A stretch of 37,682 bases of DNA from a virus. Taxonomy: Duplodnaviria; Caudoviricetes. Positions 11,801 through 18,169 of the stretch are shown one piece after another. The stretch is from positions 1-37,682 of the IMG/VR virus record IMGVR_UViG_3300025018_000296; one strand, written 5' to 3'. The translations under genes were made by a program, and so were the position numbers. How positions within the stretch are numbered: position 1 is the first letter of the stretch; every line of letters begins with the position of its first letter. A model generated the notes under the pieces. The model ran no database searches and was not told the origin of the DNA. It saw only the letters and a program-made list of their open reading frames with translations.

Positions 11801-12245
11801 CTGGAAGATGCTCGCCTATCAGTTCTCAGGGTACATGATGTCCGCCATTGCCATGGGCGTCTTCGCCCGGAAGAGGCTCCCGAACGACATCGGGGAACTT
11901 GGAGAGGACTTCATCGTCCAGGTACTCAACACCATTCCCTTGATCGGGAGGGAGATTGTCTCTCTTGCTCAAGGGTGGGACGTATCGAACCCTTCCCCCT
12001 TCACCTCGATGGAGAATATGTGGCGGGGGTTCGATGCCATGAAGGGAATGATCGAGGAAGGGCCGAATGAAAAAGACCTGAAGAAGATGGTCCGCTACGG
12101 CGGCCAGTTCGCGGCGGAAGTGATGGGTCTACCCTTCACCGGCCCGTGGCGGGCGGTCAACGCAGTAGACGAGTTAATCAATGGCGACTGGGAAGATTCC
12201 TGGAAGCATGTGATCCTGGGCGGAAAGCCGAAGGAGGAGAAGTAG
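5817..12245 (+). CDS. Giant internal virion / DNA-ejection protein of polyvalent type, with zincin-like HExxH and ADP-ribosyltransferase-like domains
   Basis: 2,142 aa from the coupled ATG. FIHEIGHSF at ~7671-7706; YHGSPHTFDRF...GYGLYFT at ~8115-8210; GIDGIKY...NYVVFD at ~8808-8895; position just before the tail fibre. Confidence 0.75.
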   Translation: MEVPGVRVQERRESPEAVQQQPQTRPKTPALNVPPGTREVFNPATHTPAENMVALPPDTKIVYDPRVEESRGRAMSYIKDYVERSDDPQGASAKINASVHFARELDMDPALVFEQFDTIVEQVYGRKMDPLSAWETIGLSWKTGTMNTELGLLSSQQMMNVIATGQYDEALQGKIDKHKAAMPPVDEQRRAIPVQAVKSLFEMMPTWLEGAERGTQRGLAYGAGGAAVTALAGQAGPQAVLPEEVVTVPAAFIALYGVGQVSGALENIWKIEAGLAFEEIASLEDENGEKINPRIAAAASFGVGAVNAAIEMFQIGNIPGVDRIIASATRKATKRLLVSGGLKEVAKRALRTYGTSIVTETAQEVAQESTNLFMSEVAKEINNQVNGTSFTQVQADEVISRLGETAKQSALAFSIMGIPGTVTGSIQDRTAQLRFQEDVRGKVTQAEQVRDNIAKALTEEPLAPGKTPDEVVVEYLQNATNEEVDALIDTLGSQEAPVERQAWEMTAEEYTANQAPKQAKSVTPGLYTPAQEKVISAVMERSNLDERQAGLVSMFMEMGARGRGMALGEFVDTYYTNEIFSEATIKQTPDGQEAKGYWQIVENAKNLIAIGEKADFGTFIHEIGHSFFPYLDDAQTQKVREWTGFTGENWYSPEGKQAQEQFADGFIEYLKTGEAVDAETRSLFQQFKNFLQEIYGYLSRTLQLNDGIRDVYSQLLGLDTDQASARERVEETARKVKAEVDQAFNKATERIQNEIDEAMPLFHVSAYHGSPHTFDRFSTEKMGTGEGVQAFGYGLYFTSESGIAEWYARKLAGEEGLKYRIAGKKYTQGEIPNNLRFQIRMYEKAPTEERKTIMLDTIRKEIEKSQDDAQLRILNEIDQALSTSESTPDLAGIEREVPRNLYRVSLFKDKDPAEYTWLEWYDPIPAESAKKIRAYLEAAPQNDFQATVQSFINQGDFGVTLSDLQQSLGEETGEAFYRLLSRAVGAPKDASKMLHAAGIDGIKYPAQSLATGKIDYSQGTNYVVFDENAVNVEDHILFQTSAHEEAVQQAVAEGKPVPDSVLQEYADRDWAQAELARRVGEDPIPESMQYLYDEARDRDDKDSFRTYLETFFFDDEELSQLSQEEFSQIVDTVWGAVHEKYLSRSDANDQFLEAMQEKHVMENALYELVQNGFTGGFGLNKVETSIILRIGAEKPLSEKQYAYLLGQLQDHPERYREALSFYDPAHKDSGQIRYEQMMEELDAAKEQDREDQRKADRLRLAVMKELGISSPDEIDDKLFKKFMKGKAKYQEVQDAYRKSQREVADLEKQVAKMDKEILDDERRIRKMSEAHSKVLKENQNIKRTARSEASKEFARLKEMQAEKKKALREQRAMKDQMRRLAKLIMKKPGPSIHLEEKRAIRAIQETIDPNFRSAKTLQKRRDALLKEAVGLEVPQEILDIAQKRTLNDFTMEDLERVYSHVMGLTRIGRAKRDAEVAIEKKEAQMVAGKIISQILAGEALDLQIPTNAKETRKGTIKKTIITGKLEGWKPLRIFEWLDGKSNGEMARYFYWKENGLTNETIRAVNNRRDAMQNALNSLGIEARTLGREIGGPKGTYTADQVLSFYVGVQNRLKMEALMQSEGMSAPQLQLYIAKLTPQEKALGDAIIQDYSDNYERLEKAYNVYTNEELGSQEAYTPIITTESDAEPLDQQLAKHILGKEGVGNRYTEKGFTKERKGGSLAIRLGELSIWQDQIGKQEHFISHAHYVRQLNRVLANRNLSIAMKQKQDYEVYKWLKQYVSDIAQYNIHTPVTLAEKVLAGWRKRLSVVHLSLNLPVIGRQVWSYPNVLGYADADIWARTPLEFAGKPAEITKFVEERSPQVKERSMETVFEEISALNRGKSENTRRRIAEAPMKWISAVDKGTCVITWKAAYDTNIRKQQKEIDAGRRGMINEDEAIRHADTAFLKTQPQARAKDLAWIYRQGEAAKMFLMFSQQLNQLWNITTADMPMFWREKNWKMLAYQFSGYMMSAIAMGVFARKRLPNDIGELGEDFIVQVLNTIPLIGREIVSLAQGWDVSNPSPFTSMENMWRGFDAMKGMIEEGPNEKDLKKMVRYGGQFAAEVMGLPFTGPWRAVNAVDELINGDWEDSWKHVILGGKPKEEK

Positions 12246-13970
12246 ATGGCAATTAACAATGTGACATTAAGGGAGACCTACGACTGCAATGGGGTAACAG
12301 TAGCGTTCCCGGTCACCATAGACTATATACTGGATTCAGACCTAAAGGTTACCCGGTATGATGCGGCTCTCGGGGTTGAAACACTTCTGGTTCTGATCAC
12401 CGACTACACAATATCAGGTGGGAACGTGAATACAGTGGATACCTATCCAACAGGGGACAGGATTACTATTTCGCGAGACATGCCACTAACACAGCTTGTT
12501 GATCTCCAAGCCGGAGACGACCTCGACCCTGATGCGATAGAAAGATCACTGGATAAGCTCACTCTGATCGCTCAACAGCTTGCTGACTCGACTGAACGGA
12601 GCGTGAAGCTTGCCGAGACCGATGACGATGCAGACCTTATTCTACCCGCTGGATCAACACGGGCGTTACATTTCTTGGCGTTCGATGCTGATGGGAACCC
12701 TATCGCATCTGTAGGAAGCGGGACTCCAGCCACCCCCTACATGGCAACAGTCCTCGACGATGAGACAGCCGCAGATGCACGGGTGACACTTGATGTGCCT
12801 GGTCTCGACGAGAACAACGCTATAACGGGTAGCAACACGTTCAGCGGTAGCAACACGTTCACTATCCCGCAGTCTCTTCTGTGGCACGAAGGTTACAAGT
12901 CTACAGGAAGAGCTAGGATTAAGTCGAACACCGACCGGAATGTAATTGTAACTCCTGATCACGAAGCGATTGCTATAAATGGGAGCACATACTTTGCTAC
13001 CTCGGTAGAGATCGATATTACGGCATCGGCAAACTGGGACTCGGCAACCCCAGACTACATTGTGGCGGCAACACGAGCAGGAAAGGACTTCTACCTGTAT
13101 GCGTGCGAACCGGCGAGCGGAAATGTCCCGGACTTCATCCTCTCGGCAAACAGTACCTACCCAGACGGATACACCGCAGACAATTCCCGGAAGATACGTG
13201 GTTTCCACTGCCTGTGTGCCGACGTTGGGACAAATACCTATTCCTACGTGAACGCCGCTGACGATATCTCTCTGGTGAGCGAATCCTACGTCTCGCATAC
13301 AATAACCGGAACCAAACACTGGCTTGAAGGGTATGTGGCAGGAGATATACTGCCGTTCTCGGTTTGGGACCTCAATCATCGGCCGGTATCGAATCCCGAG
13401 GGAATGGTGTATAACCCCGGAACTGATGTGTGGGTAGATATATATCTTGCAAGCTGGGATGGGACGCGGCTGGTTTCTGAGAACGGCGGGACCACTGCCG
13501 ATGGAACCAGCACCCCGGCATTCCACCAGTACAAGTTCAGTCAGCACTACGGGCGACAAAAGAAAATGCTCCCCCGTCAAGATGATTTTGTCTCCTACTC
13601 TCTTGGATCTCCTCAGGGCGTCAATATCGCAGGGAGCGCAGACCCAGGCACAACAGGTGGACACCTGGCTACCGACGGGAAGCGAATAGTGTCTCTCATC
13701 GGAGTAGAGGATGCAACAGGATTCCTATGGCAATGGGGGAGAGAACCAGAAGCTGGTGGATCTCTATCATGGGCAAATGCCTACGACGGCAATGACACTA
13801 ATGTTGCAGGTCAACACTATCTCGCACCTAACCGCCCTCTCTTCGGCGGCGGTTGGGACGGCAGCGCGCACTGCGGTTCGCGCGGGTCGGCTTGGAATAA
13901 TCCCGCGTTGAATCTGGGTGCGACCGTCGGTGGGCGGGGCGTCGCGGAGCCGTTGGGGCGCCGGACGTAG
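12246..13970 (+). CDS. Tail fibre / receptor-binding protein with C-terminal C-type-lectin-fold (Mtd-like) domain; DGR target
   Basis: N-terminus resembles the T7 gp17-type attachment domain (GDRITISRD...ERSLDKLTLIAQQL). C-terminus has WVDIYL, G..WQW and GGGW...CGSR...GGRG motifs and contains the VR. Confidence 0.9.
   Translation: MAINNVTLRETYDCNGVTVAFPVTIDYILDSDLKVTRYDAALGVETLLVLITDYTISGGNVNTVDTYPTGDRITISRDMPLTQLVDLQAGDDLDPDAIERSLDKLTLIAQQLADSTERSVKLAETDDDADLILPAGSTRALHFLAFDADGNPIASVGSGTPATPYMATVLDDETAADARVTLDVPGLDENNAITGSNTFSGSNTFTIPQSLLWHEGYKSTGRARIKSNTDRNVIVTPDHEAIAINGSTYFATSVEIDITASANWDSATPDYIVAATRAGKDFYLYACEPASGNVPDFILSANSTYPDGYTADNSRKIRGFHCLCADVGTNTYSYVNAADDISLVSESYVSHTITGTKHWLEGYVAGDILPFSVWDLNHRPVSNPEGMVYNPGTDVWVDIYLASWDGTRLVSENGGTTADGTSTPAFHQYKFSQHYGRQKKMLPRQDDFVSYSLGSPQGVNIAGSADPGTTGGHLATDGKRIVSLIGVEDATGFLWQWGREPEAGGSLSWANAYDGNDTNVAGQHYLAPNRPLFGGGWDGSAHCGSRGSAWNNPALNLGATVGGRGVAEPLGRRT
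12828..12861 (+). repeat. 16-bp direct repeat (GGTAGCAACACGTTCA x2, 18-bp period) encoding GSNTFS/GSNTFT
   Basis: Read directly; fibre-shaft-type repeat between the attachment and head domains. Confidence 0.8.
13833..13952 (+). repeat. DGR variable repeat (VR), ending in the putative IMH
   Basis: Ungapped alignment to 14012-14131. All 17 mismatches in the first 111 bp fall at TR adenines. Confidence 0.96.
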
Positions 13971-14011
13971 GACGATGTTTTATTATGGTTTCTGAGGCTG
14001 ATATGCTATTT

Positions 14012-14131
14012 CGCCCTCTCTTCGGCAGCAATTGGGACAACAGCGCGAAATGCGGTTCACGCAGGTCGAATTGGAATAATCCCGCGTTGAATCTGAATGC
14101 GAACATCGGTAGGCAGGGCGTCACTGAGACG
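14012..14131 (+). repeat. DGR template repeat (TR), ending in the putative IMH*
   Basis: Adenine-rich copy of the VR with 8 AAY codons in the VR reading frame; lies directly upstream of an RT gene. Confidence 0.96.
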
Positions 14132-14263
14132 GGGGCTACTTCGCAAGGAGTTTACCCTACGGCTGAGTATATCGGCCTGGCCAGATGGCCAAATACACAA
14201 CAGGGGCCCGGCCTGGGTAGTAGGTTTGCCGAACTTCAGGCAGGGCAATTATTAGGAATAACA

Positions 14264-14665
14264 ATGAAAAGACATGGTGACCTTTGGGAAAAAGTGACAG
14301 CGATAGAAAATATAGAGCTTGCTTACAAGAAGGCCAGGAAGGGGAAAGGATGGCAACATAAAGTCCAGAACTTCGAAAAACACCATGACCACAACCTCAA
14401 ATCAATACAGAAGTTATTGGTAGATAAAACATTCACTACCAGTGAATACGTCAAGAAAGAAATATTCGAACCGAAACAGCGCACAATTTACGTTCTCCCA
14501 TTCGCACCAGACAGGATTGTTCAGCACGCAGTAATGAACGTCCTCGAACCAATCTGGGATGCAATGATGATAGGGGATAGCCACGCCTGCCGGAGAGGTA
14601 AAGGTCAGCATTCTGCCAGCAGGCGGGCAATGCAGTTCACGAGGAAATACAAGTACTGTACATAG
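14264..14665 (+). pseudogene. DGR reverse transcriptase, truncated to the N-terminal 133 aa
   Basis: MKRHGDLWEK...AYKKARKGK, EPKQRTI...PF.PDRIVQHA and SHACRRGKGQH are RT domains 0-2. It stops at KYKYCT*, just before the expected LKxDI motif. No YxDD seen downstream. Confidence 0.9.
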
Positions 14666-14674
14666 GAGGAAGAG

Positions 14675-14977
14675 ATGAGAGGATACCCGAAACACTGTAA
14701 CACGAAAAAAGACGTACTGATCGCCCTTGAGGTCGATCCAGTGAGGGCGAAGGCATTTTTACAAGACGCGACCAATCACCGAGACGGATGGCATGTTGTA
14801 GGGAACATAGATACAGAAACAGACGGGATCATTGATGACACTCATCGAGTCGTTGATCAAAGTGACGATGAATCATCTGCAGACTGGTATCAGGAAGAAT
14901 ACGGACCTCTCCCCGGGAATCTACTTGACCGGATAGGAATAACAGTGTCCGAAGCAGAAGAATATATCACTGAATAA
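14675..14977 (+). CDS. Hypothetical acidic protein adjacent to the DGR
   Basis: AGGAGG RBS, 100 aa, MRGYPKH N-terminus. Confidence 0.7.
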   Translation: MRGYPKHCNTKKDVLIALEVDPVRAKAFLQDATNHRDGWHVVGNIDTETDGIIDDTHRVVDQSDDESSADWYQEEYGPLPGNLLDRIGITVSEAEEYITE

Positions 14978-14986
14978 GGGGATCGT

Positions 14987-15298
14987 ATGCCAGACCTGAT
15001 CCAGGAAGTTAGAGATAAAGTCCTCAGCCTTGAACACTGGCGGGATGGCAACGGTTCTGCCGGAGCCGACAAGCGGATCACCGACAACACTTATGGCCTA
15101 AAGCAGATCAATGAGGAGTTCGACGAGTTCCAGCGGACACGAGCAGATACCTGCGTGGGGAGTAAAGCATTGAGAGAATATACCAAAGCCCTGCAAGAAC
15201 GGCGTGGATTCCGGATCGGAGACATTGCGAATATCATCCAGCTCATCATGCTGGGCCTGATTGCCTATGAAGTCTTCTCTCGAGGAGGTGGCGGATGA
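14987..15298 (+). CDS. Membrane-anchored protein of the lysis cassette
   Basis: Single C-terminal hydrophobic helix (IANIIQLIMLGLIAYEVF); overlaps the endolysin start. Confidence 0.6.
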   Translation: MPDLIQEVRDKVLSLEHWRDGNGSAGADKRITDNTYGLKQINEEFDEFQRTRADTCVGSKALREYTKALQERRGFRIGDIANIIQLIMLGLIAYEVFSRGGGG

Positions 15299-15846
15299 GA
15301 CTGCCTGAGATGAAAGCAATTGTCGTCCACTGGGACGGCGGGGTGCCGAAAGATGGTAATGTTGAAGGGCTCATGCAATGGATGAGAGATGAACGCAAGG
15401 ATGGTGCTTTCTACCACCGCTTCGTCTCCGGTCAGAGGATCGTCTACGGTCGGTCCACCGCCGAGGGGTGTGTCCACTGCGGGAACAACACCTACACCCT
15501 GGAATCAACCCAGTACTTCGGTGCTTACTACTGCCCGCCCTGGGACCACCGGCTGACACCGCACGAATCAAGCCCGAACAACTGTACGATAGGGGTGTGC
15601 ATTCTCCACGACCACCCTGGTGGTGGATATTCCGGGGAGACTCTGAGAACCGCGGCGAAACTGTGTGCTGAGCTCTTGGCATACTATGGCCTGGGGATCG
15701 GGGCGCTTTGGACCCACACGGACATCGTGGGAGAGAAGACAAAGCTCTGTCCCCGGGCATTCTATAAAATCCCGCACCAGCGGGAATATTTCTATGACGA
15801 AGTGAGGCGGATCCTCACGGGAGGGGAAGGTGAAGTTTCTGCGTGA
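15295..15846 (+). CDS. Endolysin, N-acetylmuramoyl-L-alanine amidase (Amidase_2 type)
   Basis: IVVHW, HCG, N..TIGVC and HTD...K.CP zinc-amidase motifs; GGAGG RBS. Confidence 0.85.
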   Translation: MRLPEMKAIVVHWDGGVPKDGNVEGLMQWMRDERKDGAFYHRFVSGQRIVYGRSTAEGCVHCGNNTYTLESTQYFGAYYCPPWDHRLTPHESSPNNCTIGVCILHDHPGGGYSGETLRTAAKLCAELLAYYGLGIGALWTHTDIVGEKTKLCPRAFYKIPHQREYFYDEVRRILTGGEGEVSA

Positions 15847-16012
15847 TTTCTTTTCAACGAGCAATGAAATCAACGAGGACACTGTAATCGGCGTGGTGTT
15901 CGTGGTCACGCTGCTGGTTGCAACATTTATCACAGATGTCGAGCCTGAGAAGTATTACATACTCGCAGGCCTCGTCGCCGCATGCTTCGGGCTGGCTGCC
16001 CTGAAGAAATAA
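15830..16012 (+). CDS. Putative holin (2 TM helices)
   Basis: 60 aa, two hydrophobic segments, basic C-terminus, overlaps the endolysin end. Confidence 0.65.
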   Translation: MKFLRDFFSTSNEINEDTVIGVVFVVTLLVATFITDVEPEKYYILAGLVAACFGLAALKK

Positions 16013-16021
16013 GGAGGTCCC

Positions 16022-16417
16022 ATGTGTGGAATACGATCAAGATTATTCTGGCTGCTATTGGCGGTCTTATTGTCGCTGTCTTTCTCGGCCGGCGCAGAGA
16101 AGATGTATCAGATCTCGGAGAGCGAGCTGACAGCATTAGAGACCAACAACAGCGAGCTGGAGAAGGAATTGCGGAATCAGGTCGCGCTAACAGTGCAGCT
16201 GCAGACGGAGTTGAGCGAAGTGAAGGGCTGGCTGGCGAAATCAGAAGCAGCCAGGATCGAAGCGGAGAGCTCCTTGACGACAGCAAGTCTATCCTTCGAC
16301 GAGTACGAGAGAGAGGCGGAAAGGAAAATCCGGGGGAGTCAGATCGCGGAGGTGATTGAAAAAATCGCAATCGGGATCAGTGCAGCAGCGATCGGATACG
16401 CCTTCGGGACGTTCTGA
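16022..16417 (+). CDS. Spanin-like protein: signal peptide, coiled coil, C-terminal hydrophobic helix
   Basis: RSRLFWLLLAVLLSLSFSAGA signal-like segment; heptad-rich body; last gene of the lysis cassette. Confidence 0.6.
   Translation: MCGIRSRLFWLLLAVLLSLSFSAGAEKMYQISESELTALETNNSELEKELRNQVALTVQLQTELSEVKGWLAKSEAARIEAESSLTTASLSFDEYEREAERKIRGSQIAEVIEKIAIGISAAAIGYAFGTF
16024..16359 (+). CDS. Spanin-like (Rz / i-spanin-like) protein nested in another frame
   Basis: GTG start 6 nt after AGGAGG; N-terminal TM (IILAAIGGLIVAVFLG-RRR) followed by a hydrophilic helical domain. Confidence 0.55.
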   Translation: MWNTIKIILAAIGGLIVAVFLGRRREDVSDLGERADSIRDQQQRAGEGIAESGRANSAAADGVERSEGLAGEIRSSQDRSGELLDDSKSILRRVRERGGKENPGESDRGGD

Positions 16418-16554
16418 TCATAATAATAATGTATACAGGCAAAGTGTTGATACGGTGATCTTTTATCTTACAATGATTTATTTAGTCAGTTCAAATCCCG
16501 TGCTGGTCGTCGGTTCAAATTACTACGGATTTCAGGCGCATAAGGGGGAAGATT
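16418..16554. other. Candidate attP region
   Basis: AT-rich gap between the lysis genes and integrase. Exact IHF consensus CAAAGTGTTGATA at 16440-16452, GTTCAAAT twice, and tRNA T-arm-like GGTCGTCGGTTCAAAT. Confidence 0.5.
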
Positions 16555-16851
16555 ATGCCGAGGAAGCGTAAACAGTGGCGATTTTATCAGCGAAAACTGA
16601 AGAATGGAAACATCTACTATGTAATGTTCAGGGCAATGCCCGGTAAATGGATATCAACAGGGACAGAAGATAGAGACGAGGCCGAGCGATGGGCCGCCAA
16701 TTATGAGGTCACCATCGCGCCGGATGCACAGATAACCCTGGCTGAGTTTACGGAGAATTCCTTCATCCCCGGAAGGTGTATGTGGCTCAGACGGATGCAG
16801 GCGAAGGGGCGTACCTTCAGCACTCAGCACATTAAAAAGATGCGGGGGTAA
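16555..16851 (+). pseudogene. Tyrosine integrase, N-terminal fragment only
   Basis: FYQRKLKNGNIYYV.F...STGT....A..WA...TLAEF resembles the arm-binding region of tyrosine integrases. Only 98 aa, no catalytic domain; canonical position after the lysis genes. Confidence 0.7.
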
Positions 16852-16860
16852 AAAACCATG

Positions 16861-16869
16861 TGATATAAT
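16861..16869 (+). promoter_or_regulatory. Extended -10 promoter (TGATATAAT) for the moron at 16892
   Basis: Perfect TGnTATAAT followed by an AAGGAG RBS. Confidence 0.65.
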
Positions 16870-16891
16870 TCAGTTAAAAGGAGATAAGAAA

Positions 16892-17332
16892 ATGAAGTAC
16901 GCCGAGTATATTATCGCCCCGATTGTTGTAATGTTCGCGCTTTCTATTATTGTCATTATCAACAAATGGATAAATGAAGGATATCAGAGATGGCCAGAAC
17001 CGGTAAGGTGGATTGCTTTTCTGCCGATATCACTCACCAACGGGCTCCTCATCGGGATGGTTATGATGCTGAGTTCAGTGTATATATTCGCGTTAAACGA
17101 AACATTTTCAACGATGATCCAAATGATTGCCGCTCCTCTCTTAATAATCTATTCGATTAATATAGCAATCCCAAGAGCAAAGAAAACATTTTCTATTATC
17201 TTCGGAGCTCTGTGGATAATCGGGTCTATCCTCGAAGTAATGTCCAACGGAGAGGACTCACTTATTCGAATTGTTCAAGTTATTGCCATCGTAATAATGC
17301 TGTTTTATATCGTACAAAAAGGACCTACTTGA
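16892..17332 (+). CDS. Polytopic membrane protein (moron)
   Basis: About five hydrophobic segments; AT-rich relative to the flanks; own promoter and RBS. Confidence 0.75.
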   Translation: MKYAEYIIAPIVVMFALSIIVIINKWINEGYQRWPEPVRWIAFLPISLTNGLLIGMVMMLSSVYIFALNETFSTMIQMIAAPLLIIYSINIAIPRAKKTFSIIFGALWIIGSILEVMSNGEDSLIRIVQVIAIVIMLFYIVQKGPT

Positions 17333-17410
17333 CTAATTGAGCGAAGATATTTCGGTAGTGACTCACTATATACAACAGAGAACGAAACTATCCAGGTGGG
17401 AGATCAGACA

Positions 17411-17752
17411 TCAAAGACTAATATTCTGCCCATATTCATAAACGGTGAACGAACGCGAATAGGGCTGCGGGTCCTCTAAGACAACCCCATGAGAAACAAG
17501 TGATCGCTGGATTGTTCCAGAGATCTGGTACCCTCCGGGAGAGAGATCGTGATAAGGAGTAAAGTCATCATCATAAATCACAAAAGAAATAGATGTTCCA
17601 TCAATCGAAACATCATACTTCACCCAATCGTATGTCGTTGACGGAGTGCTGAATCTTACAGGGTACGTAACCGATGAACCGTCAGTCGCCCCTCCCGGGG
17701 CACACGAAACGAATAGCACAATTACCAAAAGATAAATTAAAGAAGATTTCAT
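17411..17752 (-). CDS. Lipoprotein (moron, possible superinfection exclusion)
   Basis: GGAGG RBS, then MKSSLIYLLVIVLFVS-C lipobox; beta-rich mature part. Function is inferred. Confidence 0.75.
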   Translation of the reverse strand: MKSSLIYLLVIVLFVSCAPGGATDGSSVTYPVRFSTPSTTYDWVKYDVSIDGTSISFVIYDDDFTPYHDLSPGGYQISGTIQRSLVSHGVVLEDPQPYSRSFTVYEYGQNISL

Positions 17753-17843
17753 ACATACCTCCACTTCTCAAAGCTCAGGATTTTACATTCACTTACATAC
17801 ATATTAGCGCCGGTTTCACCTGGTAGATAGGCATTCAAGTCGA

Positions 17844-18068
17844 TCACTGAGCCCGGCGCGATCCACCCTCGTTTTTAGGGCCGGAAGTACGTCCAATACC
17901 AAGATGCTCGGATTCCCACTTCGCTCTTGTGAACCCAAGATGATTCAGCTCATCCTCAAGAAGAAAGTTGACCATATACGCGAAATCCTTACCGCGCTCG
18001 TCGGCAAAAGCTTTAACCTGATCATGAATCCACTTGTGATATCTGACGCTCTTTTGTGTAGTTTCCAT
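17844..18068 (-). CDS. Ribbon-helix-helix DNA-binding protein, candidate repressor
   Basis: QKSVRY strand followed by two amphipathic helices (Arc/CopG pattern); divergent from the lytic early operon. Confidence 0.65.
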   Translation of the reverse strand: METTQKSVRYHKWIHDQVKAFADERGKDFAYMVNFLLEDELNHLGFTRAKWESEHLGIGRTSGPKNEGGSRRAQ

Positions 18069-18083
18069 ATTCTTATATTCGAC

Positions 18084-18112
18084 ATTGTATCCCAATACCA
18101 CAAACAAAACAA
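18084..18112 (-). promoter_or_regulatory. Leftward sigma70-type promoter TTGTTT-17-TACAAT
   Basis: Read on the minus strand upstream of the ATG at 18068. Confidence 0.55.
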
Positions 18113-18133
18113 CGTCAAATACAAAAATAAACC

Positions 18134-18162
18134 TTGACTCGGGTTTCGTTCTGGGTTAAGAT
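18134..18162 (+). promoter_or_regulatory. Rightward sigma70-type promoter TTGACT-17-TAAGAT
   Basis: Near-consensus boxes. The predicted start site coincides with the ATG at 18170. Confidence 0.7.
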
Positions 18163-18169
18163 ATAGGTT

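Larger units (their letters stand above)
13833..14665 (+). mobile_element. Diversity-generating retroelement cassette (VR-TR-spacer-RT), incomplete
   Basis: VR/TR pair with A-specific differences plus the N-terminus of a DGR-type RT. No avd and no RT catalytic core. Confidence 0.92.

Noticed and set aside
12666-13664. Long antisense ORFs (also 20935-21879, 29424-30197, 36418-37239, 25788-26183)
   Set aside because: Shadows of well-supported + strand genes, with no motifs or RBS.
13953-14011. Hairpin/cruciform downstream of the IMH as in BPP-1
   Set aside because: I could not find a convincing inverted repeat; only a short GGACG direct repeat is present.
13985-14263. 93-aa N-terminal extension of the RT in the ORF track
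   Set aside because: It is the TR and spacer read in frame; TRs are commonly open. The RT-like sequence starts at ATG 14264 after an AGGA RBS.
16485-16525. tRNA gene
   Set aside because: Only T-loop-like fragments. No acceptor, D or anticodon stems could be folded, so it is kept only as a possible att core.
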